From Eledone cirrhosa (lineage: Eukaryota): a DNA stretch of 64,000 nucleotides. Positions within the stretch are counted from its first letter, which is position 1. Every line of letters begins with the position of its first letter. Positions 31,901-48,000 of this stretch are shown here, one piece after another. The stretch covers positions 393,948,001-394,012,000 of the forward strand of contig OZ024741.1 of the NCBI GenBank assembly GCA_964016885.1, read 5' to 3'. The position numbers and the translations under genes are program-made. Below the pieces are notes generated by a model. The model was not told the DNA's origin, did no database searches, and saw nothing but the letters and a program-made list of their open reading frames with translations.

Positions 31901-34209
31901 CAATATTAAAACATGTGAAGTATTATATTGTAAACAATATTAAAACATGTGAGGTATTATATTGTAAACAATATTAACACATGTGAAGTATTATATTGTA
32001 AACAATATTAAAACATGTGAAGTATTATATTGTAAACAATATTAACACATGTGAAGTATTATATTGTAAACAATATTAACACATGTGAAGTATTATATTG
32101 TAAACAATATTAACACATGTGAAGTATTATATTGTAAACAATATTAAAACATGTGAAGTATTATATTGTAAACAATATTAACACATGTAAAGTATTATAT
32201 TGTAAACAATAGTAAAACATGTGAAGTATGATATCATAAACAATATTAACACATGTGAAGTATTATATTGTAAACAATATTAAAACATGTGAATTATTAT
32301 ATTGTAAACAATATTAAAATATGTGAATTATTATATTGTAAACAATATTAACACATGTGAAGTATTATATTGTAAACAATATTAAAACATGTGAAGTATT
32401 ATATTGTAAACAATATTAACACATGTGAAGTATTATATTGTATACAATATTAAAACATGTGAAGTATTATATTTTAAACAATATTAACACATGTGAAGTA
32501 TTATATTGAAAACAATATTAACACATGTAAAGTATTATATTGTAAACAATATTAAAACGTGAAGTATTATATTGTAAACAATATTAACACATGTAAAGTA
32601 TTATATCATAAACAATATTAAAACATGTGAAGTATTATATTGTAAACAATATTAAAACATGTGAAGTATTATATTGAAAACAACATTAACAAATGTAAAG
32701 TAATATATTGTAAACAATATTAAAACACATGAAGTATTATATTGTAGACAATATTAACACATGTGAAGTATTATATTGTAAACAATATTAAAACATGTGA
32801 AGTATTATATCATAAACAATATTAACGCATGTGAAGTATTATATTGTAAACAATATTAAAACATGTAAAGTATTATATCATAAACAATATTAACGCATGT
32901 GAAGTATTATATTGTAAACAATATTAACACATGTGAAGTATTATATTGTAAACAATATTAAAACATGTGAAGTATTATATTATAAACAATATTAACACAT
33001 GTGAAGTATGTAAACAATATTAACACATGTGAAGTATTATATCATAAACAATATTAAAACATGTGAAGTATTATATTGTAAACAATATTAACACATGTAA
33101 AGTATTATATTGTAAACAATATTAAAACATGTGAAGTATTATATCATAAACAATATTAAAACATGTGAAGTATTATACTGTAAACAATATTAAAACATGT
33201 GAAGTATTATATTGTAAACAATATTAAAACATGTGAAGTATTATATTGTAAACAATATTAAAACATGTGAAGTATTATATTGTAAACAATATTAACCCAT
33301 GTGAAGTATTATATCATAAACAATATTTACACATGTGAAGTATTATATTGTAAAAATATTTAAACATGTGAAGTATTATATTGTAAACAATATTAACACA
33401 TGTAAAGTATTATATTGTAAACAATATTAAAACATGTGAAGTATTATATTGTAAACAATATTAAAACGTGTGAAGTATTATATTGTAAACAATATTAACA
33501 CATGTAAAGTATTATATTGTAAACAATATTAAAACATGTGAAGTATTATATTGTAAACAATATTAAAACATGTGAAGTACTATATCATAAACAATATTAA
33601 CACATGTGAAGTATTATATTGTAAACAATATTAAAACATGTGAAGTATAATATTGTAAACAATATTAACACATGTAAAGTATTATATTGTAAACAATATT
33701 AAAACATGTGAAGTATTGTATTGTAAACAATATTAACACATGTAAAGTATTATATTGTAAACAGTATTAAAACATGTGAAGTATTATATCATAAACAATA
33801 TTAAAACATGTGAAGTATTATATTGTAAACAATATTAACGCATGTGAAGTATTATATTGTAAACAATATTAAAACATGTGAAGTATCATATCATACACAA
33901 TATTAACGCATGTGAAGTATTATATTATAAACAATATTAAAACATGTGAAGTATTATATCATAAACAATATAAAACATGTGAAGTATTATACTGTAAACA
34001 ATATTAAATCATGTGAAGTATTATATTGTAAACAATATTAAAACATGTGAAGTATTATATCATAAACATTATTAACACATGTGAAGTATTATATCGTAAA
34101 CAATATTAACACATATGAATTATTATATTGTAAACAATATTAACACATGTGAAGTATTATATTGTAAACAATATTAAAACATGTGAAGTATTATATTGTA
34201 AACAATATT

Positions 34210-36190
34210 AAAACATGTGAAGTATTATATTGAAAACAATATTAACACATGTAAAGTATTATATTGTAAATAATATTAAAACATGTGAAGTATTATATTG
34301 TAAACAATATTAACACATGTGAAGTATTATATTGTAAACAATATTAAAACATGTGAAGTATTATATTTTAAACAATATTAACACATGTGAAGTATTATAT
34401 TGTAAACAATATTAAAATATGTGAAGTATTATGTCATAAACAATATTAACACATGTGAAGTATTATATTGTAAACAATATTAACACATGTGAAGTATTAT
34501 ATCATAAACAATATTAAAACATGTGAAGTATTATATTGTAAACAATATTAACACATGTGAAGTATTATATTGTAAACAATATTAAAACATGTGAAGTATT
34601 ATATCATAAACAATATTAACGCATGTGAAGTATTATATTGTAAACAATATTAAGCATGTAAAGTATTACATCATAAACAATATTAACGCATGTGAAGTAT
34701 TATATTGTAAACAATATTAAAACATGTGGAGTATTATATCATAAACAATATTAACACATGAGAAGTATTATATCATAACCAATATTAAAACATGTGAAGT
34801 ATTATATTGTAAACAATATTAACGCATGTGAAGTATTATATTGTAAACAATATTAAAACATGTGAAGTATTATATCATAAACAATATTAAAACATGTGAA
34901 GTATTATATTGTAAACAATATTAACGCATGTGAAGTATTATATTGTAAACAATATTAAAACATGTGAAGTATTATATCATAAACAATATTAACGCATGTG
35001 AAGTATTATATTGTAAACAATATTAAAACATGTGAAGTATTATATCATAAACAATATTAACACATGTGAAGTATTATATCATAAACAATCTTAAAACATG
35101 TGAAGTATTATACTGTAAACAATATTAAAACATGTGAAGCATTATATTGTAAACAATAATAAAACATGTGAAGTATTATATTGAAAACAATATTAACACA
35201 TGTAAAGTATTATATTGTAAATAATATTAAAACATGTGAAGTATTATATTGTAAACAATATTAACACATGTGAAGTATTATATTGTAAACAATATTAAAA
35301 CATGTGAAGTATTATATTTTAAACAATATTAACACATGTGAAGTATTATATTGTAAACAATATTAAAATATGTGAAGTATTATGTCATAAACAATATTAA
35401 CACATGTGAAGTATTATATTGTAAACAATATTAACACATGTGAAGTATTATATCATAAACAATATTAAAACATGTGAAGTATTATATTGTAAACAATATT
35501 AACACATGTGAAGTATTATATTGTAAACAATATTAAAACATGTGAAGTATTATATCATAAACAATATTAACGCATGTGAAGTATTATATTGTAAACAATA
35601 TTAAACATGTAAAGTATTACATCATAAACAATATTAACGCATGTGAAGTATTATATTGTAAACAATATTAAAACATGTGGAGTATTATATCATAAACAAT
35701 ATTAACACATGAGAAGTATTATATCATAACCAATATTAAAACATGTGAAGTATTATATTGTAAACAATATTAACGCATGTGAAGTATTATATTGTAAACA
35801 ATATTAAAACATGTGAAGTATTTCATCATAAACAATATTAACGCATGTGAAGTATTATATTGTAAACAATATTAAAACATGTGAAGTATTATATCATAAA
35901 CAATATTAAAACATGTGAAGTATTATATTGTAAACAATATTAACGCATGTGAAGTATTATATTGTAAACAATATTAAAACATGTGAAGTATTATATCATA
36001 AACAATATTAACGCATGTGAAGTATTATATTGTAAACAATATTAAAACATGTGAAGTATTATATCATAAACAATATTAACACATGTGAAGTATTATATCA
36101 TAAACAATCTTAAAACATGTGAAGTATTATACTGTAAACAATATTAAAACATGTGAAGCATTATATTGTAAACAATAATAAAACATGTGA
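34210..36190. repeat. Tandem duplication of an approximately 0.95-1.02-kb unit
   Basis: AAATAATATT variant at 34271/35222 and GTGGAG at 34726/35677 (offset 951 = 28x34 - 1). AATCTT at 35087/36106 (offset 1019, two extra monomers in the second copy). Confidence 0.87.
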
Positions 36191-39100
36191 AGTATTATAT
36201 TGTAAACAATATTAAAACATGTGAAGTATTATATTGTAAACAATATTAAAACATGTGTAGAATTATATTGTAAACAATATTAACACATGTAAAGTATTAT
36301 ATTGTAAACAATATTAAAACATGTGAAGTATTGTATAGTAAACAATATTAACACATGTAAAGTATTATATTGTAAACAATATTAAAACATGTGAAGTATT
36401 ATATCATAAACAATATTAACGCATGTGAAGTATTATATTGTAAACAATATTAACACATGTGATGTATTATATCATAAACAATATTAAAACATGTGAAGTA
36501 TTATATTGTAAACAATATTAACACATGTAAAGTATTATATTGTAAACAATATTAAAACATGTGAAGTATTATATCATAAACAATATTAACGCATGTGAAG
36601 TATTATATTGTAAACAATATTAAAACATGTGAAGTATTATATCATAAACAATATTAAAACATGTGAAGTATTATATCATAAACAATATTAACGCATGTGA
36701 AGTATTATATTGTAAACAATATTAAAACATGTGAAGTATTATATCATAAACAATATTAACGCATGTGAAGTATTATATTGTAAACAATATTAAAACATGT
36801 GAAGTATTATATTATAAACAATATTAACACATGTGAAGTATTATATCATAAACAATCTTAAAACATGTGAAGTATTATATCATAAACAATATTAACACAT
36901 GTGAAGTATTATATCATAAACAATCTTAAAACATGTGAAGTATTATACTGTAAACAATATTAAAACATGTGAAGCATTATATTGTAAACAATAATCAAAC
37001 ATGTGAAGTATTATATTGTAAACAATATTAAAACATGTGAAGTATTATATCATAAACAATATTAAAACATGTGAAGTATTATATCATAAACAATATTAAC
37101 GCATGTGAAGTATTATATTGTAAACAATATTAAAACATGTGAAGTATTATATCATAAACAATATTAACGCATGTGAAGTATTATATTGTAAACAATATTA
37201 AAACATGTGAAGTATTATATCATAAACAATATTAACACATGTGAAGTATTATATCATAAACAATCTTAAAACATGTGAAGTATTATACTGTAAACAATAT
37301 TAAAACATGTGAAGCATTATATTGTAAACAATAATAAAACATGTGAAGTATTATATTGTAAACAATATTAAAACATGTGAAGTATTATATTGTAAACAAT
37401 ATTAAAACATGTGTAGAATTATATTGTAAACAATATTAACACATGTAAAGTATTATATTGTAAACAATATTAAAACATGTGAAGTATTGTATAGTAAACA
37501 ATATTAACACATGTAAAGTATTATATTGTAAACAATATTAAAACATGTGAAGTATTATATCATAAACAATATTAACGCATGTGAAGTATTATATTGTAAC
37601 CAATATTAACACATGTGATGTATTATATCATAAACAATATTAAAACATGTGAAGTATTATGTTGTAAACAATATTAACACATGTAAAGTATTATATTGTA
37701 AACAATATTAAAACATGTGAAGTATTATATCATAAACAATATTAACGCATGTGAAGTATTATATTGTAAACAATATTAAAACATGTGAAGTATTATATCA
37801 TAAACAATATTAAAACATGTGAAGTATTATATCATAAACAATATTAACGCATGTGAAGTATTATATTGTAAACAATATTAAAACATGTGAAGTATTATAT
37901 CATAAACAATATTAACGCATGTGAAGTATTATATTGTAAACAATATTAAAACATGTGAAGTATTATATCATAAACAATATTAACACATGTGAAGTATTAT
38001 ATCATAAACAATATTAACGCATGTGAAGTATTATATTGTAAACAATATTAAAACATGTGAAGTATTATATCATAAACAATATTAACGCATGTGAAGTATT
38101 ATATTGTAAACAATATTAACACATGTGATGTATTATATCATAAACAATATTAAAACATGTGAAGTATTATATTGTAAACAATATTAACACATGTAAAGTA
38201 TTATATTGTAAACAATATTAAAACATGTGAAGTATTATATCATAAACAATATTAACGCATGTGAAGTATTATATTGTAAACAATATTAAAACATGTGAAG
38301 TATTATATCATAAACAATATTAAAACATGTGATGTATTATATCATAAACAATATTAACGCATGTGAAGTATTATATTGTAAACAATATTAAAACATGTGA
38401 AGTATTATATCATAAACAATATTAACGCATGTGAAGTATTATATTGTAAACAATATTAAAACATGTGAAGTATTATATCATAAACAATATTAACACATGT
38501 GAAGTATTATATCATAAACAATATTAAAACTTGTGAAGTATTATACTGTAAACAATATTAAAACATGTAAAGTATTATATTGTAAACAATATTAAAACAT
38601 GTGAAGTATTATATTGTAAACAATATTAACGCATGTGAAGTATTATATCATAAACAATATTAACACATGTGAAGTATTATATTGTAAACAATATTAAAAC
38701 ATGTGAAGTATGATATTGTAAACAATATTAAAACATGTGAAGTATTATATTGAAAACAATATTAACACATGTAAAGTAATATATTGTAAACAATATTAAA
38801 ACATGTGAAGTATTATATTGTAGACAATATTAAAACATGTGAAGTATTATATTGTAAACAATATTAACGCATGTGAAGTATTATATTGTAAACAATATTA
38901 AAACATGTGAAGTATTATATCATAAACAATATTAAAACATGTGAAGTATTATATTGTAAACAATATTAACGCATGTGAAGTATTATATTGTAAACAATAT
39001 TAAAACATGTGAAGTATTATATCATAAACAATATTAACGCATGTGAAGTATTATATTGTAAACAATATTAAAACATGTGAAGTATTATATCATAAACAAT

Positions 39101-42100
39101 ATTAACACATGTGAAGTATTATATCATAAACAATCTTAAAACATGTGAAGTATTATACTGTAAACAATATTAAAACATGTGAAGCATTATATTGTAAACA
39201 ATAATAAAACATGTGAAGTATTATATTGTAAACAATATTAAAACATGTGAAGTATTATATTGTAAACAATATTAAAACATGTGTAGAATTATATTGTAAA
39301 CAATATTAACACATGTAAAGTATTATATTGTAAACAATATTAAAACATGTGAAGTATTGTATAGTAAACAATATTAACACATGTAAAGTATTATATTGTA
39401 AACAATATTAAAACATGTGAAGTATTATATCATAAACAATATTAACGCATGTGAAGTATTATATTGTAAACAATATTAAAACATGTGAAGTATTATATCA
39501 TAAACAATATTAAAACATGTGAAGTATTATATCATAAACAATATTAACGCATGTGAAGTATTATATTGTAAACAATATTAAAACATGTGAAGTATTATAT
39601 CATAAACAATATTAACGCATGTGAAGTATTATATTGTAAACAATATTAAAACATGTGAAGTATTATATCATAAACAATATTAACACATGTGAAGTATTAT
39701 ATCATAAACAATATTAAAACTTGTGAAGTATTATACTGTAAACAATATTAAAACATGTGAAGTATTATATTGTAAACAATATTAAAACATGTGAAGTATT
39801 ATATTGTAAACAATATTAAACCATGTGAAGTATTATATCGTAAACAATATTAAAACATGTGTAGAATTATATTGTAAACAATATTAACACATGTAAAGTA
39901 TTATATTGTAAACAATATTAAAACATGTGAAGTATTATATCATAAACAATATTAACGCATGTGAAGTATTATATTGTAAACAATATTAACACATGTGAAG
40001 TATTATATCATAAACAATATTAAAACATGTGAAGTATTATATTGTAAACAATATTAACACATGTAAAGTATTATATTGTAAACAATATTAAAACATGTGA
40101 AGTATTATATCATAAACAATATTAACGCATGTGAAGTATTATATTGTAAACAATATAAACACATGTGAAGTATTATATCATAAACAATATAAAACATGTG
40201 ATGTATTATATTGTAAACAATATTAAAACATGTGAAGTATTATATTGTAAACAATATTAAAACATGTGAAGTATTATATCATAAACATTATTAACACATG
40301 TGAAGTATTATATTGTAAACAATATTAACACATATGAAGTATTATATTGTAAACAATATTAACACATGTGAAGTATTATATTGTAAACAATATTAAAACA
40401 TGTGAAGTATTATATTGTAAACAATATTAAAACATGTGAAGTATTATATTGAAAACAATATTAACACATGTAAACAATATTAAAACATGTGAAGTATTAT
40501 ATTGTAAACAATATTAACACATGTGAAGTATTATATTGTAGACAATATTAAAACATGTGAAGTATTATATTTTAAACAATATTAACACATGTGAAGTATT
40601 ATATTGTAAACAATATTAAAATATGTGAAGTATTATGTCATAAACAATATTAACACATGTGAAGTATTATATTGTAAACAATATTAACACATGTGAAGTA
40701 TTATATCATAAACGATATTAAAACATGTGAAGTATTATATTGTAAACAATATTAACACATGTGAAGTATTATATTGTAAACAATATTAACGCATGTGAAG
40801 TATTATATTGTAAACAATATTAAACATGTAAAGTATTACATCATAAACAATATTAACGCATGTGAAGTATTATATTGTAAACAATATTAAAACATGTGAA
40901 GTATTATATCATAAACAATATTAACACATGAGAAGTATTATATCATAAACAATATTAAAACATGTGAAGTATTATATTGTAAACAATATTAACGCATGTG
41001 AAGTATTATATTGTAAACAATATTAAAACATGTGAAGTATTTCATCATAAACAATATTAACGCATGTGAAGTATTATATTGTAAACAATATTAAAACATG
41101 TGAAGTATTATATCATAAACAATATTAACACATGTGAAGTATTATATCATAAACAATATTAAAACATGTGAAGTATTATACTGTAAACAATATTAAAACA
41201 TGTGAAGTATTATATTGTAAACAATAATAAAACATGTGAAGTATTATATTGTAAACAATATTAAAACATGTGAAGTATTATATCGTAAACAATATTAAAA
41301 CATGTGTAGAAATATATTGTAAACACTATTAACACATGTAAAGTATTATATTGTAAACAATATTAAAACATGTGAAGTATTGTATAGTAAACAATATAAA
41401 CACATGTAAAGTATTATATTGTAAACAATATAAAAACATGTGAAGTATTATATCATAAACAATATTAACGCATGTGAAGTATTAAATTGTAAACAATATT
41501 AACACATGTGAAGTATTATATCATAAACAATATTAAAACATGTGAAGTATTATATTGTAAACAATATTAACACATGTAAAGTATTATATTGTAAACAATA
41601 TTAAAACATGTGAAGTATTATATCATAAACAATATTAACGCATGTGAAGTATTATATTGTAAACAATATTAAAACATGTGAAGTATTATATCATAAACAA
41701 TATTAAAACATGTGAAGTATTATATTGTAAACAATATTAACGCATGTGAAGTATTATATTGTAAACAATATTAAAACATGTGAAGTATGATATCATAAAC
41801 AATATTAACGCATGTGAAGTATTATATTATAAACAATATTAAAACATGTGAAGTATTATATCATAAACAATATTAACACATGTGAAGTATTATATCATAA
41901 ACAATATTAAAACATGTGAAGTATTATATTGTAAACAATATTAAAACATGTGAAGTATTATATTGTAAACAATATTAAAACATGTGAAGTATTATATTGT
42001 AAACAATATTAAAACATGTGAAGTATTATATTGTAAACAATATTAACGCATGTGAAGTATTATATCATAAACAATATTAACACATATGAAGTATTATATT

Positions 42101-45019
42101 GTAAACAATATTAAAACATGTGAAGTATTATATTGTAATCAATATTAAAACATGTGAAGTATTATATTGAAAACAATATTAACACATGTAAAGTAATATA
42201 TTGTAAACAATATTAAAACATGTGAAGTATTATATTGTAGACAATATTAAAACATGTGAAGTATTATATTGTAAACAATATTAACGCATGTGAAGTATTA
42301 TATTGTAAACAATATTAAAACATGTGAAGTATTTCATCATAAACAATATTAACGCATGTGAAGTATTATATTGTAAACAATATTAAAACATGTGAAGTAT
42401 TATATCATAAACAATATTAAAACATGTGAAGTAATATATTGTAAACAATATTAACGCATGTGAAGTATTATATTGTAAACAATATTAAAACATGTGAAGT
42501 ATTATATCATAAACAATATTAACGCATGTGAAGTATTATATTGTAAACAATATTAAAACATGTGAAGTATTATATCATAAACAATATTAACACATGTGAA
42601 GTATTATATCTTAAACAATCTTAAAACATGTGAAGTATTATACTGTAAACAATATTAAAACATGTGAAGCATTATATTGTAAACAATAATAAAACATGTG
42701 AAGTATTATATTGTAAACAATATTAAAACATGTGAAGTATTATATTGTAAACAATATTAAAACATGTGTAGAATTATATTGTAAACAATATTAACACATG
42801 TAAAGTATTATATTGTAAACAATATTAAAACATGTGAAGTATTGTATAGTAAACAATATTAACACATGTAAAGTATTATATTGTAAACAATATTAAAACA
42901 TGTGAAGTATTATATCATAAACAATATTAACGCATGTGAAGTATTATATTGTAAACAATATTAACACATGTGATGTATTATATCATAAACAATATTAAAA
43001 CATGTGAAGTATTATATTGTAAACAATATTAACACATGTAAAGTATTATATTGTAAACAATATTAAAACATGTGAAGTATTATATCATAAACAATATTAA
43101 CGCATGTGAAGTATTATATTGTAAACAATATTAAAACATGTGAAGTATTATATCATAAACAATATTAAAACATGTGAAGTATTATATCATAAACAATATT
43201 AACGCATGTGAAGTATTATATTGTAAACAATATTAAAACATGTGAAGTATTATATTGTAAACAATATTAACACATGTGAAGTATTATATTGTAAACAATA
43301 TTAACGCATGTGAAGTATTATATTGTAAACAATATTAAACATGTAAAGTATTACATCATAAACAATATTAACGCATGTGAAGTATTATATTGTAAACAAT
43401 ATTAAAACATGTGAAGTATTATATCATAAACAATATTAACACATGAGAAGTATTATATCATAAACAATATTAAAACATGTGATGTATTATATTGTAAACA
43501 ATATTAACGCATGTGAAGTATTATATTGTAAACAATATTAAAACATGTGAAGTATTTCATCATAAACAATATTAACGCATGTGAAGTATTATATTGTAAA
43601 CAATATTAAAACATGTGAAGTATTATATCATAAACAATATTAACGCATGTGAAGTATTATATTGTAAACAATATTAAAACATGTGAAGTATTATATCATA
43701 AACAATATTAACACATGTGAAGTATTATATCATAAACAATATTAAAACATGTGAAGTATTATATCATAAACAATATTAACACATGTGAAGTATTATATCA
43801 TAAACAATATTAAAACATGTGAAGTATTATACTGTAAACAATATTAAAACATGTGAAGTATTATATTGTAAACAATAATAAAACATGTGAAGTATTATAT
43901 TGTAAACAATATTAAAACATGTGAAGTATTATATTGTAAACAATATTAAAACATGTGTAGAATTATATTGTAAACAATATTAACACATGTAAAGTATTAT
44001 ATTGTAAACAATATTAAAACATGTGAAGTATTGTATAGTAAACAATATTAACACATGTAAAGTATTATATTGTAAACAATATAAAAACATGTGAAGTATT
44101 ATATCATAAACAATATTAACGCATGTGAAGTATTATATTGTAAACAATATTAACACATGTGAAGTATTATATTGTAAACAATATTAAAACATGTGAAGTA
44201 TTATATTGTAAACAATATTAACACATGTAAAGTATTATATTGTAAACAATATTAAAACATGTGAAGTATTATATCATAAACAATATTAACGCATGTGAAG
44301 TATTATATTGTAAACAATATTAAAACATGTGAAGTATTATATCATAAACAATATTAAAACATGTGAAGTATTATATTGTAAACAATATTAACGCATGTGA
44401 AGTATTATATTGTAAACAATATTAAAACATGTGAAGTATGATATCATAAACAATATTAACGCATGTGAAGTATTATATTATAAACAATATTAAAACATGT
44501 GAAGTATTATATTGTAAACAATATTAAAACATGTGAAGTATTATATTGTAAACAATATTAAAACATGTGAAGTATTATATTGTAAACAATATTAAAACAT
44601 GTGAAGTATTATATTGTAAACAATATTAAAACATGTGAAGTATTATATTGTAAACAATATTAAAACATGTGAAGTATTATATTGTAAACAATATTAACGC
44701 ATGTGAAGTATTATATCATAAACAATATTAACACATGTGAAGTATTATATTGTAAACAATATTAAAACATGTGAAGTATTATATTGTAAACAATATTAAA
44801 ACATGTGAAGTATTATATTGAAAACAATATTAACACATGTAAAGTAATATATTGTAAACAATATTAAAACATGTGAAGTATTATATTGTAGACAATATTA
44901 AAACATGTGAAGTATTATATTGTAAACAATATTAACGCATGTGAAGTATTATATTGTAAACAATATTAAAACATGTGAAGTATTTCATCATAAACAATAT
45001 TAACGCATGTGAAGTATTA

Positions 45020-48000
45020 TATTGTAAACAATATTAAAACATGTGAAGTATTATATCATAAACAATATTAAAACATGTGAAGTATTATATTGTAAACAAT
45101 ATTAACGCATGTGAAGTATTATATTGTAAACAATATTAAAACATGTGAAGTATTATATCATAAACAATATTAACGCATGTGAAGTATTATATTGTAAACA
45201 ATATTAAAACATGTGAAGTATTATATCATAAACAATATTAACACATGTGAAGTATTATATCATAAACAATCTTAAAACATGTGAAGTATTATACTGTAAA
45301 CAATATTAAAACATGTGAAGCATTATATTGTAAACAATAATAAAACATGTGAAGTATTATATTGTAAACAATATTAAAACATGTGAAGTATTATATTGTA
45401 AACAATATTAAAACATGTGTAGAATTATATTGTAAACAATATTAACACATGTAAAGTATTATATTGTAAACAATATTAAAACATGTGAAGTATTGTATAG
45501 TAAACAATATTAACACATGTAAAGTATTATATTATAAACAATATTAAAACATGTGAAGTATTATATCATAAACAATATTAACGCATGTGAAGTATTATAT
45601 TGTAAACAATATTAACACATGTGAAGTATTATATCATAAACAATATTAAAACATGTGAAGTATTATATTGTAAACAATATTAACACATGTAAAGTATTAT
45701 ATTGGAAACAATATTAAAACATGTGAAGTATTATATCATAAACAATATTAACGCATGTGAAGTATTATATTGTAAACAATATTAAAACATGTGAAGTATT
45801 ATATCATAAACAATATTAAAACATGTGAAGTATTATATTGTAAACAATATTAACGCATGTGAAGTATTATATTGTAAACAATATTAAAACATGTGAAGTA
45901 TGATATCATAAACAATATTAACGCATGTGAAGTATTATATTATAAACAATATTAAAACATGTGGAGTATTATATCATAAACAATATTAACACATGTGAAG
46001 TATTATATCATAAACAATATTAAAACATGTGAAGTATTATATTGTAAACAATATTAAAACATGTGAAGTATTATATTGTAAACAATATTAAAACAGGTGA
46101 AGTATTATATTGTAAACCATATTAAAACATGTGAAGTATTATATTGTAAACAATATTAACGCATGTGAAGTATTTTATCATAAACAATATTAACACATGT
46201 GAAGTATTATATTGTAAACAATATTAAAACATGTGAAGTATTATATTGTAAACAATATTAAAACATGTGAAGTATTATATTGAAAACAATATTAACACAT
46301 GTAAAGTAATATATTGTAAACAATATTAAAACATGTGAAGTATTATATTGTAGACAATATTAACACATGTGAAGTATTATATGGTAAACAATATTAAAAC
46401 ATGTGAAGTATTATATTTTAAACAATATTAACACATGTGAAGTATTATATTGTAAACAATATTAAAACAAGTGAAGTATTATGTCATAAACAATATTAAC
46501 ACATGTGAATTATTATATTGAAAACAATATTAACACATGTGAAGTATTATATCATAAACAATATTAAAACATGTGAAGTATTATATTGTAAACAATATTA
46601 ACACATGTGAAGTATTATATTGTAAACAATATTAAAACATGTGAAGTATTATATCATAAACAATATTAACGCATGTGAAGTATTATATCATAAACAATAT
46701 TAAAACATGTGAAGTATTATATTGTAAACAATATTAACGCATGTGAAGTATTATATTGTAAACAATATTAAAACATGTGAGGTATTATATCATAAACAAT
46801 ATTAACGCATGTGAAGTATTATATTGTAAACAATATTAAAACATGTGAAGTATTATATCATAAACCATATTAACACATGTGAAGTATTATATCATAAACA
46901 ATATGAACACATGTGAAGTATTATATCATAAACAATATTAAAACATGTGAAGTATTATATTGTAAACAATATTAAAACATGTCAGGTATTATATTTTAAA
47001 CAATATTAACACATGTGAAGTATTATATTGTAAACAATATTAAAACATGTGAAGTATTATATTGTAAACAATATTAACACATGTGAAGTATTATATTGTA
47101 AACAATATTAACACATGTGAAGTATTATATTGTAAACAATATTAAAACATGTGAAGTATTATATTGTAAACAATATTAACACATGTAAAGTATTATATTG
47201 TAAACAATAGTAAAACATTTGAAGTATGATATCATAAACAATATTAACACATGTGAAGTATTATATTGTAAACAATATTAAAACTTGTGAAATATTATAT
47301 TGTAAACAATATTAAAACATGTGAATTATTATATTGTAAACAATATTAACACATGTGAAGTATTATATTGCAAACAATATTAAAACATGTGAAGTATTAT
47401 ATTGTAAACAATATTAACACATGTGAAGTATTATATTGTAAACAATATTAACACATGTGAAGTATGATATCATAAACAATATTAACGCATGTGAAGTATT
47501 ATATTATAAACAATATTAAAACATGTGAGGTATTATATCATAAACAATATTAACACATGTGAAGTATTATATTGTAGACAATATTAAAACATGTGAAGTA
47601 TTATATTGTAAACAATATTAACGCATGTGAAGTATTATATTGTAAACAATATTAAAACATGTGAAGTATTTCATCATAAACAATATTAAAGCATGTGAAG
47701 TATTATATTTTAAACAATATTAAAACATGTGAAGTATTATATTGTAAACAATATTAACGCATGTGAAGTATTATATTGTAAACAATATTAAAACATGTGA
47801 AGTATTATATCATAAACAATATTAACGCATGTGAAGTATTATATTGTAAACAATATTAAAACATGTGAAGTATTATATCATAAACAATATTAACACATGT
47901 GAAGTATTATATCATAAACAATATTAAAACATGTGAAGTATTATACTGTAAACAATATTAAAACATGTGAAGTATTATATTGTAAACAATAATAAAACAT

